The notes under the pieces were generated by a model. The model saw nothing but the letters and a program-made list of their open reading frames with translations. It did not search any database and was not told the origin of the DNA. 64,000 nt of DNA. Origin: Isurus oxyrinchus. Lineage: Eukaryota. The translations under genes were made by a program, and so were the position numbers. How positions within the stretch are numbered: position 1 is the stretch's first letter; each line of letters opens with the position of its first letter. The DNA lies in NCBI GenBank assembly GCA_026770705.1, contig JANJGN010000034.1, positions 6,882,001-6,946,000 of the forward strand, read 5' to 3'. This document shows, piece by piece, positions 12,848-26,819 of this stretch.

Positions 12848-12883
12848 AACTTGAAGCATGTCAAAAAATGTTAAAAGATTTAA
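12848..12883 (+). CDS. 36-nt microexon ELEACQKMLKDL
   Basis: ttatattttccag|...|gtgagg; phase 1-1; repeat consensus. Confidence 0.88.
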
Positions 12884-13019
12884 GTGAGGAAAAAATAATA
12901 ATACTGTCTCTTCAAACACTGATAGAAATGTGATTGCAGTATAATCGGGCAGCATATATTTGTCCACTCCTTGTATGCCCTGTTAGACATTAAGATCTAT
13001 GTAAATGCGACGTAATGTC

Positions 13020-13790
13020 TAAAACAGGCAGGAATTATACAGTAAATTGCAGGACCCTTAAGAGCATTAACGGCAGAGGGATCAGGGTGTACAGGTCCAC
13101 AGGTCACTGAAAGTGGCAAAGCAGATAGATAAGGTAGTCAGGATGGCATATGGCAAGCTTGGCTTAATTGGCAGGTGCATGGATTATAAAAGCACGGAAG
13201 ACATCATGCAGCTGTATGGAACCTTGGTTAGGAAGCAAATTGAATATTGCATGCAATTCTGGCCGCCACATTACCAGAAGGATATGGAGGCATCAGAGAG
13301 GTTGCAGAGGAGGTTTGCCAGGATGCTGCATGGCCTGAAAGTTATTGGCTATGAGGAGGTGTTTGAGAAACTCGGATTGTTCTCACTAGAGCGACGGAGA
13401 TTTAGGGGCGACATGATACATGTTTACTAAATTATGAGTGGCATGGACAGAGCAGATAGTCATCAGTTTTTTCCCAGGGTGGAAGAGTCAATTACTAGTG
13501 GACATAGATTTAAGGTGAGAGGAGAAACCTATAGAGGAGATGTGCGGTGCAGGTGTTTTACGCAGAGGTCAGTGAGTGTCTGGAATACGCTGCCTGTGGA
13601 GCAGGTGGAATAACATACGATAGAGGTGTTTCAGAGGCAGATTGACAAATACATGAACAGGATAGGAATGGAGGGATACAGGTCCCGGATGTTCAAAATG
13701 TTTTAGTTGACAGGCAAAATGATCAGCGCAGGCTTGGAGGGCCGAATGGCCTGTTCCTGTGCTGTACTTTTTTTTTTCTTTGTTCTTTGT
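13020..13790 (+). mobile_element. CR1-type LINE 3' fragment
   Basis: LYGTLVRKQIEYCMQFWPPHYQKD..ERLQRRF..LGLFSLERRRFRGD; tail ggccgaatggcctgttcctgtgctgt. Confidence 0.92.
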
Positions 13791-14039
13791 TAAATCATTG
13801 CAGCTTAATTTCTGTCAGTTTCTTTGCAAATATTTCTCTAAACTTAGCGCAATAAGCATCTTCTAATTGTTCCTACCTCATAGATGTCCTCAGTTTTCCA
13901 ATATATACACCTTAACAATACCCTTCATCAGCTAAATTTGCATTTTGAACACTTTCTGTGTTCAGAGTTTTCCACTGAAATCTTTTCATTGTTTGGCGTC
14001 GGTTCACCATTTAAACTCCGTTGATTTGTTCCATGCCTT

Positions 14040-14376
14040 GGGCAGAAATGTACGGCCCCGTCACGGTGGGGGCGAGGCTGTAAAATGCAGTGAGCTGTCC
14101 AAAATCTATTACCTATAGCAGGAAGGTAAAATCCCACCGCATATAAGCCTACCCTACAAGTTGAAAGATTGGGCTCAATAAATGATCGTGCTGCGATGGC
14201 GGGTTCTGCACCCAGAAGAAGTGTAGTTCTGACTTCCAGGCCCACCGTCTGCACCCACCTTATACTGGCCAAAGGCAAGGGGATTTTAATATTCCGCCAA
14301 AGTCAATGCAGGATAGAATGGCATGCCGCATTTTACGGCTGAGTTCTCGCCCCGACGGGGCTGGAAAAGTCTGCCC
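14040..14376. mobile_element. Harbinger-type MITE
   Basis: TIRs GGGCAGAAATGTACGGCCCCGTC and GACGGGGCTGGAAAAGTCTGCCC. Confidence 0.75.
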
Positions 14377-14448
14377 TCTATATTGATTGCCACAACTTAG
14401 CAGCAAGGGCTGTTTGCAGGCTGTCTTCCAACCCAGTTAGTACTAGAG

Positions 14449-15252
14449 GGCGGGATATCAGGTCTCTGAGGCTGCAGGCGTGGCTTGGAACAAAGTAACG
14501 GCCAGCAGTTTAAGAGCCCACTGGCATGGGGCAGTGTTAGATTACCCGTGAGATGATCAGTCTAGTCATTCTGCTGTACACAGAGAAGGTTTGAATGTGG
14601 CATTATTTTAAAAAAATAAGCAAGTCTCCCAATTTTGGCATTGAGGAGCTGTGCATAAATATAAAGCTTCCATGCATAGATTTATTTGCCATTGGAGGGA
14701 GGGGAGAGTTGTTGTGGAATGCAGAAAGCTGGCCCAAGATCCATTGAAGCTTTTCTGATGCCCTCTTCCATGCAGCATATGTTCAACGTGGTTAACTCAT
14801 GCAAAGCAGTGGGAAAAGGAGGGCTAGAAGTTCACCAAACCCCTTCAGCAGCATTCGCAGTACTTATTACAGAAGTCATTGCCATATTAAGGCATCATTG
14901 GTGTCACGGCCAAATGTTTGCTCATGACCAGTGCCATCGGCAGGACCATTGCTTTGGCCCGTCAACTCATTCTAGCCTGCGGCATTAGAAAATTGCCCTC
15001 CATCTGGTTTAACAGTATCCTTCGAAGGTTATATTCTGGGCTCCAAAGGAAACCACAATCATCGGGGACAGGCGCCAGTGGGAGAACAATTATTAGACTC
15101 CAGAGCAGTCCAGTCACAGGGATGGCATTTTTTTGGAGGCCGATGGCCTTCTTCACGTTGGTCCTGGTGCGTAAGTGGTAATGACCCCTGCACAAAACCA
15201 CGGGAAGCGGCCTTTCATTCAATGAAACACGCATCAGCACTGTTTTTCCTGC
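14449..15252. mobile_element. Probable decayed non-autonomous Harbinger-type element
   Basis: gggcgggatat start and tttcctgcc end; GC-richer interior. Confidence 0.35.
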
Positions 15253-16189
15253 CACCGACCGAGTTTTGGGTAGAATTTGATACTTTGCCTTAGACCTCCT
15301 GGAGCTTTTGCTTTCCTAACTGCTCTGTTTTATGATCTAATCAAAAAAAAAATACTGCTAATTTCTCTATAGACGACTTCAAATATGTTATCCTAATTGA
15401 CCCTTCTTGCAAACTGGCCCAATGAAAATAAACATTTAAGAGAGAAACGTCTTTGCATAACAAAACCTTGCCCACTTGCTTTGATTAATCCATGCTCTCT
15501 TCTAAATGCAGAATGATCCTGCACCTCTGATTTTATTTAAGCATATTTTCCCCTCCACGGAGGTGGCATCGATTGTACGTTGCGACACGTTTGAAATTTT
15601 GGCAAAGCGTTACCTCTCCTCCACTTTGTTGGCACTATAAGAATCGCTGGAGGGCATGTTGGTAATAATGGGCCGTGCTCCTGGTATTGATTCTCTTGCT
15701 TTCATAAAATATATAGGCCACTTTTACTTCAACTGGGTCCAGAAATTACGTAATGTTAATGCCCCCTTGACTATTTGAAGTGCATAGAGATTTCAACACA
15801 AGTCATACCTGGTCGGAATGTCATGAAACGAATCCTCCTCTGTGAAAATAGATGCAATGTTTTCATTAAGAACAATACAAACGCCCTCAACATCTAGGGA
15901 AATAATCATGATCAAGCCGAATTGTCAAAATGTGCGTAGATATCCCTAGATATATACGAAGTAAAACGTGAAATGGGCATTATAACCGAAAGTGGAAATC
16001 ACACACCGATCCAACATTTTTGTTCAAGGGAAGGATCCATATGCATAGTATGGAATGTGATGGCTTTGCACAAATATAGCAGTTGAGCTTCGCCACCTGT
16101 CTTATGGACGAACCAAATTGATTTGCGTTGATTGCGTGGAAGATACTCTTGTAAATATTCCTTCTTGTGTATTGTGAAAGCACATTGTT

Positions 16190-16360
16190 TGATGGCAATG
16201 ATGCTGATGGTGATGACGAGACAATTGGATATGTTGATGGGGATGGTAGGCGTTTTTATCGTGATGATGATGAGCAGTTTGCAGATGTTAGTAACCGCAA
16301 TAATGATAATGATGCTGAAGCTGGCTGTGGCGACAATGTGGGATAACAAGGTTGCATGTG
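16190..16360 (+). repeat. Degenerate (GAT)n low-complexity tract
   Basis: gatggcaatgatgctgatggtgatgac...gatgatgatgag...aataatgataatgatgct. Confidence 0.6.
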
Positions 16361-16564
16361 ATGATTACAATATTTTTAGTGGTAATGCTGTGCAGATGAG
16401 CCTGCAGGCACAATGGAAAGATTTTAGAGCAAAAATGAAATAGTTAAAACATTAATATTTCTACGCCTAATCGTCATGGCTTCACGATTGCTTCGACATT
16501 TCTCAAATCCCAACCTTACTTCGTATAAGAATGTCTGAAGGGCTGAACGTTTATATTCATGTAG

Positions 16565-16600
16565 AACGTGGCGATCCAGACAAGCCTGGAGGGGGAAAAG
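16565..16600 (+). CDS. 36-nt Gly/Pro-rich microexon xRGDPDKPGGGK
   Basis: ttatattcatgtag|...AAG|gtcagt; same length and phase as the array exons. Confidence 0.6.
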
Positions 16601-18138
16601 GTCAGTACATTTATTTTCTGAGATAGATATCTTTTCTTGATTGGCAACACTAAATCGACAGTTGTCTTAATGCTGCCGAATAACCTTTCATGTTTATGTC
16701 AATAAAAAAAACATTTCTGTATGATGACGCCCGTTTTATTCCATTATGCCAACATGATTGGCACCCGAGTTCTTTTGAAATTTAGTAAGCAGTTGAAGTG
16801 CCATTCAAGTGAGAGCTGGTCTTCATTATTTACTGTTCAATCAAAGCCTCGATTTTGAAATTCAGATCGTTGTTTTCAAAGTCCACATTGACTTGCACCT
16901 TAATAGTTCTGTAACACCGTCCAGCCACCAACTCTTGGAGACATAAACCTTTGCGTATACCAGTAGTAGCAAGTAAACTAACTAACAAATGAAAAACAAA
17001 GTGAAAAGTTAACAACCCTTCAAAGCGTGGTGCCATAACGTCAAAATAGTAAATGAACACTATCAAGCCCAGTGAAAATAAAGTTCCTGCTGCTATTCAG
17101 GCAAGCTAGCCCCAGGGGGCACACCAGCCGCAGAAGGAATCTAGCAAACCAGCGGACACTCCATGTTCTCTCTCGCGAAATACCTGCGCTCAAACCTAGC
17201 GTCCGAAAAGAGCAAGCAGTTGGTCCGAACGACAGCCCTTGCCTCCAACTCTTAATGGCCACATTGGTCATATCCAGGAACAGACTAACAAGGATATTCT
17301 CCACTTTGCACTGCAACCTGTTCAACGAATGGCTACAGATCAGGAGCATGAGTTTGGTATGTCTATGAAACTCCTTAATTTTCTACTGCACCTCACTGCT
17401 ACTGAAACCTCCTGCACGCAATATCTCCAATGGTAAACAATCGAAGATAAATCCCTGCAGCTAATTCTGAGCTTTTGAGAATTCACGATGTATGTTATTC
17501 CACCATTGGCTGCCTTGCCTCCATAATGAGGCATTAACCTCCAGCAGAACCGGTCTGGCATGATGTAATTCATCTGGAGCAGCCTCTGGAACAGCCAATA
17601 TTTGACGCGAAACAAGCCACTCCACAAAGAGCCATATGGATCAATAAACACCATTTTGAACATGGTTTACCCATATCTGACCTCAACACTTTGACGTAAA
17701 AAATGATGCTATTATCTGATTATTGATTACATTCTTGTTGCAGCTACATTCATCCGAACTGTTTGCAACTATCGTGCGATTTGCAGGGTCGTTTGACATC
17801 CCTTTAATGCCCACTGTTTTTCTAAGCATTTCAGAATCGTACAAAATGTTGTCCGTTGTCTTACTTTGTATTTTCTCTCCAAATGCGTGACCTCATTTAT
17901 TTTAAAATATTGAATGTCAGTTACCACTTTGCTGCTCATATATTCAGACCATTACTATTTTACTCCAGACTGCAAATTCCTCCCTCACAAACAATCCAAT
18001 TTTGTACCAGCAGCAAACTTCTTGCAACCTAATTCGAAAGTATGTACCATGCTGGGGAGTGTGGGAGGTGTTAACAACAATAATTTCTAATTAAATGAAA
18101 CAGCTGCAAAATTCTTTTTTTTTTCTTCTGCATTCCAG

Positions 18139-18174
18139 ATCATGCTGCATGCAAAGTCTTACTGAAAGATCAAG
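18139..18174 (+). CDS. 36-nt microexon DHAACKVLLKDQ
   Basis: Long poly-T acceptor ...cattccag; donor AAG|gtaaaa; Cys at position 5. Confidence 0.85.
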
Positions 18175-19129
18175 GTAAAAATGGCACCATTACCTATACA
18201 TATCGTATTAGCGTATTACACAATTTTTTGTCAATTGTTATGCTGTTGCAGATGATCTGTGCCAGCTAGATAAAATCTACAAGGGAAACTTGGCCCCGCT
18301 TTCACAACAGCTTTGCAACTTGTGTTTATTACGAGATGTGTGCACCTCATAAGTAATGACTCCACTAAGACCGTCGGAGATTTTTTTTCGACTTGAAGTA
18401 AAATATGCATTAACAGAATAAAGGATTCCAAACAGCTACATAAGGCTACAATACATTCTACTAAAATTCCTAATTGTCCTGACTCCCATGTTACCTTATA
18501 GGCAACCAACAATAATAGGTTTTAGTATAAGAAAAGTAAAGCAGGTTAACACAGTACCAACTTGACAGTGGAGATCAAAAAGCTGTACTGGAACTTTAGT
18601 TACTGGAGACAACAAGCATATGCACAAATGGCTGAACTTTCTCCAAGACTATTTCACACATCTCTGTTAGATCTTATGTGGCCCTGCAAAAAAGCCGCCT
18701 GTCCTTCTCCTTTATATACGTTTCCCTATCTTTAATATGTAAAATCCATTGTTTTTCAAATTCCTTATCCCATAATGGAGCAACTTTCACGTCACCAATA
18801 TTGTCAGTAATCTTTGGGAAAAATAAACACTCTGAAGCTTTGCTTATCTGGCTAGTTTTAAACATACTAACAACCCTTTGAAATCCGAATAATCCATTCA
18901 ATTAACTAAAATCCAAATTTCCTTCACACTTTCCAAGCTAAGGCAGTATTTCTAATTACTCATTAGCCACACAAGTAATTTTTTACGCCTAATTTATTCT
19001 GATAATTTTGATAATTAGGCTTGCAATCTACCTGACTCAAACGTATTTAAATCACAGAGGCAGAATAATTTATACTCACGCCCAGAAATCTCCTTTACAA
19101 CTACCCGGAAAATAATAGGATTTACTTAA

Positions 19130-22050
19130 CAGAATGGATATTCAGGGAAAGGAAAGCATGTGTGCGGTGTATTTAGATTTTCAGCAAGGTTTTGATAAAG
19201 TGCCACATAAGATGTTAGTGCATAAAATTAAAGTACATGAACTTCGATGTGTATATTGTCATAGGTTGCGAATTTGATAACAGGCATGAAATACGGAGTA
19301 GGGATAACGGATCTTTTATTCAGAGAAGCAAGTTGTAACTAGTGTGGTACCGCAGGGAGCAGTGCTTGTGCGCCTGCTATTCACAAAGTATATCAATGAT
19401 TGGGATCATGGAAGCAAATGGCTTGTTTCCAAGTTTGCTGAGAGATGAAACTTGGTGAGCATGTAAACAGTGATGAGGGTAAGAAAAGGGTTCGATGATA
19501 TTTAATCACTTTGAGTGGTAGATGTTTCAAGATGATTCTATTGTTGAAAGAATACTTCACGTCGATCTTCACCCTAGAGAACGAGGATGAAGGTAGAGAA
19601 CTCGGGGAGAGAGACTGTGAAGTTTTTAAGCACATTGATATAGGGACTTACAATTATTGGATTTGGTGGCAGGCTTAAAAATGGGCAAATCTCCAGCTCC
19701 GAATGACATGTGTCCCAGACTGCTGAAGGAGGCAAGGGGGGAGATAGCCGAGCTCTGCACCAAATTATTTTATTCGTCTCTGGCCACGGGGAGCTGCCAG
19801 ATGACTAGAGAATAGCTAATCTGGTTCTGCTATCTAAGAATGGTTGCAGAGATAAACCAGGGAACTACAGGCCAGTGAATCTCACGTCAGTGGTCTGGAA
19901 ACTATTGGAGACATTTCTGAAAGGGAGTATCTATCTTCTCTTGGTAGGCAAGGTTTGATCAGGGATAATCAGCATGGCTTTGTCAGAGGAAGGTCTTCCC
20001 TAAGAAACCTCATTGACATTTTTGAGGAGTTGACCAAGTCTGTAGCTGAAGGTTGTGCAGTTGATGCAGTTTATATGGATTTTAGTGAAGCCTATGACAT
20101 TGTCCATCAAGGGAAACTTATAATAAAAAAAACAAAGGTACATGTAAGTTAGAGTAATTGGACAAGGTGGACTTAAAATTGGCATAATTTTAGGAGGCAG
20201 AAGGTGAATGCGGAATGATGCTTTAATGACTGAGAGCCAGTCTCTAGTGGGGTACCACAGGGAACTGTGCATCATTTATATACACGACAGAAATGGCTAC
20301 GTGGACGGTAGTATTAGTGAGTTTGCACATGCCGCAAGGATTGGCTGTGTGGTTAACAGTGAGTTTGAGTGTCTTGGGCTGCATTATATGAAGGCGGGAT
20401 GGTCAGTTGGGCAGATAAGAGGCAGATGGAACTTAACCCAGAAAAGTGTGAGGTGATACACATTGGAATGAGTAATTTGACAAGGAAGTATTCAATGAAT
20501 GGCATGGCAATAGTAAGTTCTAAGGAACAAAGGGACCTTGGTGTGGATGTCCATAGATGTCTGTAGGCAAAGGGGAATGTTAGTGGGGTAGTGAAAAAGG
20601 CATATGGGACACTTGCCTTTATTAAGCAAGGCATAGATTACAAAAGTAGGGATCTGTTCATGAAGCTGTATAGAACTTTGGTTTGGCCACAGCTGGATTA
20701 CTGTGTACAGTTCTGGTCGCCACATTACAGGAAGGATGTGACTGCACTGGATGGGGTGGAGAGGAGATTCACCCCATGATGTTGCCTGGGATGAAACATT
20801 TAAGTTATGAAGAGAGCTTTGATAGACTTGGGTTGTGTTCGTTGGAGCAGTGAAGATTGAGGGAAGACTTGATCGACGTGTACAAGATCATGAAGGGCAT
20901 GGAAAGGCTGGATAAGGAGCAGATGTTACACTTAGTTGAAAGGTCATTCACAATGTAGCACAAGTTCAATGTGAGGGCAAGGAGATTTAGGGAGATGTGA
21001 AGCAAACTTTTTTACCCTGACGGTGGTGATGATCTCGAATGGACTGCCTGGGAGGGTGATGGGGGCTGGTTTCCTCACATCCATTAAAATGTACCTGGAT
21101 GAGCACTTTGCACATATTACATTCAAGGCTATGGGCGAAATGCTGTAAATGGGATTAGTTAGGCCATGTGTTTCTCACCTGTCGCTGCAGACTAGCTGAG
21201 CCAACGGATGCCTTCTGCATTATGATTCTGTGATTCTCTGAGTGAATGGGAATGTTCATGGCAGATGTGTTATAATGTCGACAAATGTGAACTTATCCAC
21301 TTCAGTAGGACAAAAAGAATGACAAGGTTTTATTCAAATGTTGATATATTAGAAAATGGTGGTATGCAGAGTCACCTGGGTCTCTTTGTAAATAACACTG
21401 AAAGCAGACATGCGGGTGCAGCAATCATTAAAGAAAGGAAATGGTATGTTGTCCTTAATTGCGAGAGGACCACGGTGCAGGAGCAAGATATATTATTGCG
21501 GAAGTACAATGTCATGTTGAGCAGTTTCAGCCTCCATACCCCAGGAAAGATACACTTGCCATAGAGGGAGTGGAACGAAGGTTCACCAGACTAATTCCTT
21601 GGATGGTAGGATTGTCGTATAAGGAAATATTGGGCTGACTCTGTGGACTAGTTTGAAAGAATGAAAGGGAACACCACTCAAATGTATATAATTCTAACAA
21701 GGCTTGACAGACTGGATGCAGGGATTATGTTTCATCTGGCTGGATGTCCTGGAACAAATTATCACTCACTCAGGATATGGCACATGCCATTCAGGGCTGA
21801 GATGAAGAGAAGCATCTTATCTCAGAGCATAGTGAATGTTTGGAATTCTCTACCCCAGGAGGTTGAGGACAAGTCAGTAAATTAAGAAGGGAATACATAG
21901 AGTTTTGGCTTCTGAAGGCATCAACAGTTAGGGGGAGAGAGAGGGGATGTAGTGTTGAGATAGAGGATCAGCCATTATCACATCGAATGGCGGAGCAGGC
22001 TTGATGGCTGATTGAAATGCCCCTGCTTATAATTTCTTTGTCTCTATGTT
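19130..22050 (+). mobile_element. Outer CR1-type LINE (19130-19517 and 21239-22050) split by a nested CR1
   Basis: VYLDFQQGFDKVPH RT motif in the first part; reading resumes at 21239 (WQMCYNVDKCELIHF) and runs to a 3' tail. Confidence 0.85.
19518..21238 (+). mobile_element. Nested 5'-truncated CR1-type LINE
   Basis: NYRPVNLTSV, QHGFVRGRS, YMDFSEAYD, LYRTLVWPQLDYCVQFWSPHY; tail gattctgtgattct; flanked by tgagtg at 19512 and 21239. Confidence 0.9.
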
Positions 22051-22659
22051 TCTGTGTCGACATGTATGTAGAATTGTACTTTCCACACAAGCCTGTTACG
22101 AAAGAAACAAGGAAACGGAAAACAAAATGAAATCCACTCCACTGCCATTGCAAAATTGTAATGCTACAAAGAAATCACTGAACTCGTTTTTCTTCTGTTA
22201 ACGTGCATGAGGAAAATGGGAACACAATGAGCATTGTCCAACACGCACAGTGCTTTGCACCATGTTGTATTTTTGCTCACGTCAATTCGATTAATCTGAG
22301 GTTTTGTTACATTTAGATTCATGCTTTCACTTCGGGTCAACATCCTGATGAATGTATGTGGTGGGCTTGGAAGTGTCACATTGCAGTTATACAACAAATA
22401 AAATCAGGATTTGAGAATCACTTTATAATTATATTCTAAGAAGGGGCATAAATTTGCTTGAGACTAGAGCGTTAATGGCTGATTCAATTTAGTTTTTCCA
22501 AGGAATGAAATCGTCAAAAGGCTAGATAGACATAGACTGTAACCACCGTGTGCAACACTTTTTTCTTAAATGACAATGTAGTAAAATTAAACATATAGCA
22601 TCGACGGATAATTTGAGCAAAAAGTAATGTCCCTTGGTACGACGCAACAATGGAGTATA

Positions 22660-23130
22660 GAAACATAGAATCATAGAAACTAGGAGCAGGAGTATGTCAT
22701 TCGGCACTTCGAGCCTGCTCCACCATTCATTACGATCACAGCTGAACATCCAACTCAGTAGCATGCTCCCACCTTCTTCCCATACCGTTTGATCCCTTTC
22801 ACCCCAAGAGCTATATCTAACTCCTTCTTGAAAATATAGAATGTTTTGTTCTGAACTACTTTCTGTGGTTACGAATTCGACAGGCTCAGCACTCTATGAA
22901 TGAAAAAGTTTCTCCTCCTCTCCGTCCTAAATGCTCTACCCCATATCCTCAGACCGTGACACCTGGTTCTGGACTTCCTCAACATTGGGAACATCGTTCC
23001 TGCGACTACTTTGTCTAGTCCTGGTAGAATTTAATAGATTTCTGTGAGATCCCCCCTCATTCTTCTAACCTCCAGTGGATATGACCCTAATCGACTGAAT
23101 CTCTCCTCGCTTGTCAGTCCCCCATTCCCA
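22660..23130 (-). mobile_element. CR1-type LINE 3' end, reverse
   Basis: catagaatcatagaaactaggagcagga is the reverse complement of the CR1 tail. Confidence 0.85.
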
Positions 23131-23259
23131 GGAACATTTATGACAATCCACAGCAGACACTCGACGTCAACGCGATGTTTAAAAACTGAGACCTTAATTT
23201 TTCGTTATGTGATATTAATGTTAAAATTACCAAGGCGAATAGATGATGCAGATACTGAA

Positions 23260-25020
23260 AACAAATCTAGGTCCCTTATAGTCTGCAACGCAAGAATTTA
23301 TGATGGACAACAAGGTAACGGGAGATCAATTAAACAGCTGTTTTAGTTCTGTCTTCACGGATACAGACACAAATAAGTTGCCAAAAATATTCGAGAGCCA
23401 AACTTCGGGTGTGGAAGAGGAATTGAAAGAAATTAGTTTATTAAAAATGCTCTGCAGAAACTAGATAAATCCCCAAGGCCTAGATAATCTACACACGTGG
23501 CTATTACAGGAGGTAACCATGCGAATAGTGGATCCATTGTTTATTATATAGGTTCTGGAGTAGCACTGGCAGAACTGAGGATGGCACATGTAACTACAAT
23601 ATTAAAAAAATGGGTGGTGGGACAAAAACAGGGAATTTCAGGCCGGTTAGCCTAACATCAGTCCTATGGAAAATGCCAGAGGCTCTTATAAAGGATGCAA
23701 AAACAGGACACATCGAAAATATCAACGGGGTTAGACAAGGTCAAAATGGATTTATGAAAGGGAATTCATGCTTTGACAAGAATGCTGGAGGTTTTATTAA
23801 GGACAGAATTAGTAGAATAGATAAGGATAATCAGTGGATCTGGTATATTTGGATTTTCAAAAAATGTTTTTGATGAAATTCCACATAAGAAATTAGTTTG
23901 CAAAATAAAAGTGCATGGGATTTGCGGTATTATATTGCCATGTATTGAGCATTGGGTAGCAGATAGGGAACAGAGTGCATGGATAAATTGGTATTTTTAC
24001 AGAGTGGCCGGTGGTGACTGGTAGGGTACCACAGGAATCAGTGCTTGGCTCTCAGCTGAGCACAATATATTTCAATAATTTTGATGAGGGAACCAACTGC
24101 AATATTTCCAAGTTTGTTGACGGCACAAGATTAGGTGGGAATGCAAGTGATGAGGAGGATACTGAGAGGCCTGAATGTGATTCACAAAGCATAAGTAAAT
24201 GGGCAAATGCATGTTGCATGGAGAATAAGCTGGATAAGTGTGATGTTAATTCGGTAGGAGATGCGGAATGACAAAGTGTTATTTACGTGGTGATAGATTG
24301 TGAAATGATATCCAGAACGGCCTTGGTGTCCTCTTGCACCAGTCACTGAAAACAAGCATTCAAGGGCAGCAAGCAGTTAGGAATGTAAAAGTCATGTCGT
24401 TCTTTACTGCACGATGATACGGGTACAGGGGCAAGGAAGCTTCACTGAATCGGTACAGACCTTGGTGAGACCCTTTGTGGTGTGTTGTGTGCTGTTACGT
24501 CCTACTTCCCAATTAACAGACCTACTTGCCATAGAAGAAGTTCAGTCAAGCTTCACCAGACTGATTCCTGGGTGGGCAGGATTGTCATATGAGGAGAAAT
24601 TGCGTCGCCCAGGCCTGTATTCACTGGAGTTAAGAAGAATGAGATTTGAGCGCATTGAAACATATAAAGATCTGACGAGGCTGGACAGACTGTATGCTCG
24701 GGTGATGTTTCCCCTGCCTTGGGCGTCTGGAACAAAGTGTTGCAGTCTCAGGATATGAGTTTGACCATTTCGGACTGATGTAGGAGAGATGCATTTACTC
24801 AGACAATGGGGAACCTGTGTAATTCCCCACCATAGAAGGCCCTGGAAGGTCCCTTACAGTCCAGAATGCGAGAATTTATGATGGGGGACATGCTAATGGC
24901 AAGACTCATGAGGTCGATGGGGAGGGATCGTTAGTATGATGTTGAAATGAATGTTCCGCCATGACCGTGCAATGACAGAGCAGGTTCGAATGTCAAAATG
25001 GACTACTACTACTCATGTTC
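23260..25020 (+). mobile_element. CR1-type LINE RT domain to 3' end, decayed
   Basis: NFRPVSLTSV, QNGFMKGNSC, VPQESVLGSQL, SKFVDGTRLGG, LYSLELRRMR. Confidence 0.9.
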
Positions 25021-26231
25021 CTTCGCTGCAGCATTTTTTAATCAAGTACTCCTCCTTGGTACTTCATTCTGCCAAACTACCACTGGGAAAGCATGGAAGT
25101 GCAATTGGTTTGTTAGAAGGATTGGGCTGCAATCTTCAACCAGTGTTACTAAAGTCCATATCCATGTACAGTTCCATTGAAATTAGTCGGTCGTAATATC
25201 AATAGTAAGAATTGACTTTGACAAGATTCACTCCTGCACAGCAGCAGCGGGAGGGGGGTGGGGGGTGGTGAATTTTTTCAAAGATACCAGCGCTTCAATA
25301 GTTTTTTTTTTTGGCAAACAAATTCCAACCATGATAATGGGATATGGCACATTTTATTGTGGAAATATTAAAGGCGTCCGATGAAGCATGGAATAAAACA
25401 AATTTTAAGTTCTAGTTCAATGAATGAATTAAAGATTACAGATATGGATGCCATCAAATGTAATGAGATGTGTTACTAAAGACATTATACAAGAAACAAA
25501 ATATAAACTTTGAGTTTAATAAATGGAAGAGCAGAAATGAAAATCAGGACAATTATATGCCAGAAATGCTGACACTAAACTTGGATCCTCGTGCACATAC
25601 CTGGTATCATAATTCTAAGAAATGTGATAGAGATATTGAAGCAGCTGCACAAAAGAGTGATAAGGGCGGTGTCAGGCTGATACCTCGCCACTGACAGAAA
25701 CATTTGACGAGGCACTTTTTTTCATATATTATTATGACTTTTCTGTGTAAAAATGAATAGTTAATAATTATTGGACGGAGCCCTTGTAGGTTATGAAATT
25801 TCTTGCTGTGGTACACATAGAGAAGACACTGTCATTTCTGCAGGAGCCAAACACTAATATATCTTGTAAATAGAGGAAAAGAAACGTCTTTATCCAACGT
25901 GTGGCTAGCACATCGAAATTGTTACCTCGAGGAATAGTTGATACATATAACATAGACGAATTTGAGGGAATCGATAAAAATAAGTCATACATACAGGAAT
26001 ATAAATGTGTGTTGATAGAGTGAGAGCATACGATAAAACCTTATTTGCCACTACAATAATGCCATAAAACAACTGCAGCAAACTTAGTTTCAATGATGTG
26101 CATGCTATAATTGCCATGATCTGTGCCATGTGGAAATGCAGAGTGAACCAAACGTTGCATTGTACATTCAGCATTCATTGAAGTACCATTCCCTGAAAAC
26201 TGTCAAAATAAATGATATTGCTCAAATGCAG

Positions 26232-26258
26232 AAAAAGAACTGAAAGCGAAGGTGGACG
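26232..26258 (+). CDS. 27-nt microexon EKELKAKVD
   Basis: ctcaaatgcag|...|gtacgt; phase 1-1; repeat consensus. Confidence 0.8.
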
Positions 26259-26819
26259 GTACGTACCTTTGAGACTGATTGCGCACTCATAATTATCAAC
26301 AAATAATGTTCTCAAATCCCTCACTACCCTCTGAGTGGAAGAGATTCCTAACCACAGTGTGAAGTAATTATGATAAACTATTGCCATACTTTTCAGCAGT
26401 GGCACCATATTTCTCGCGCTCACCTTCTTGCAAATTCGGGCTTGAATGCACGATCCAATCCGGAAACTAGAGTTGAAATTGATGGTTTGCAGATCTATTG
26501 TTTATTTTTCAGAATTATGTTAAAGCAACCCGAATATGTCATATGAATTGAATGTAAAAGAACAGATGTGTTCAACTGTTTTTCTTCTGGCAAAGTATAC
26601 CATTCAATAAAGAGAACAGTTGATCGTGTCATTATATCAAAAAAGAACAGCTGAAGGTGCTCGAAATCTTAACGTAAAATGGAAAATGCTGAACTTATTC
26701 AGCAGGTCAGGAAGCATCAATGGAGAGAGAAACTGAAAAAACGTTTCAGTCAATCGGCATTCCGGCCTCAATGCAAAAGGTTAGAGGTCCAACAGGCTAT
26801 CATCAAAAGCATTAGGGGG

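Noticed and set aside
15999-16443. Met- or Ile-rich ORFs
   Set aside because: Artefacts of the GAT-repeat tract.
16520-16585. Minus-strand 66-nt exon-like unit (ACLDRHVLHEYKRSALQTFLYE) with good splice sites
   Set aside because: Its pyrimidine tract is the complement of the purine-rich + strand exon 16565-16600, and no coherent minus-strand partner exons were found.
16830-16990. Cytokine-like (IL-15/IL-2) reading on the minus strand
   Set aside because: The signal-like frame stops early and no further exons with the diagnostic motifs were found.
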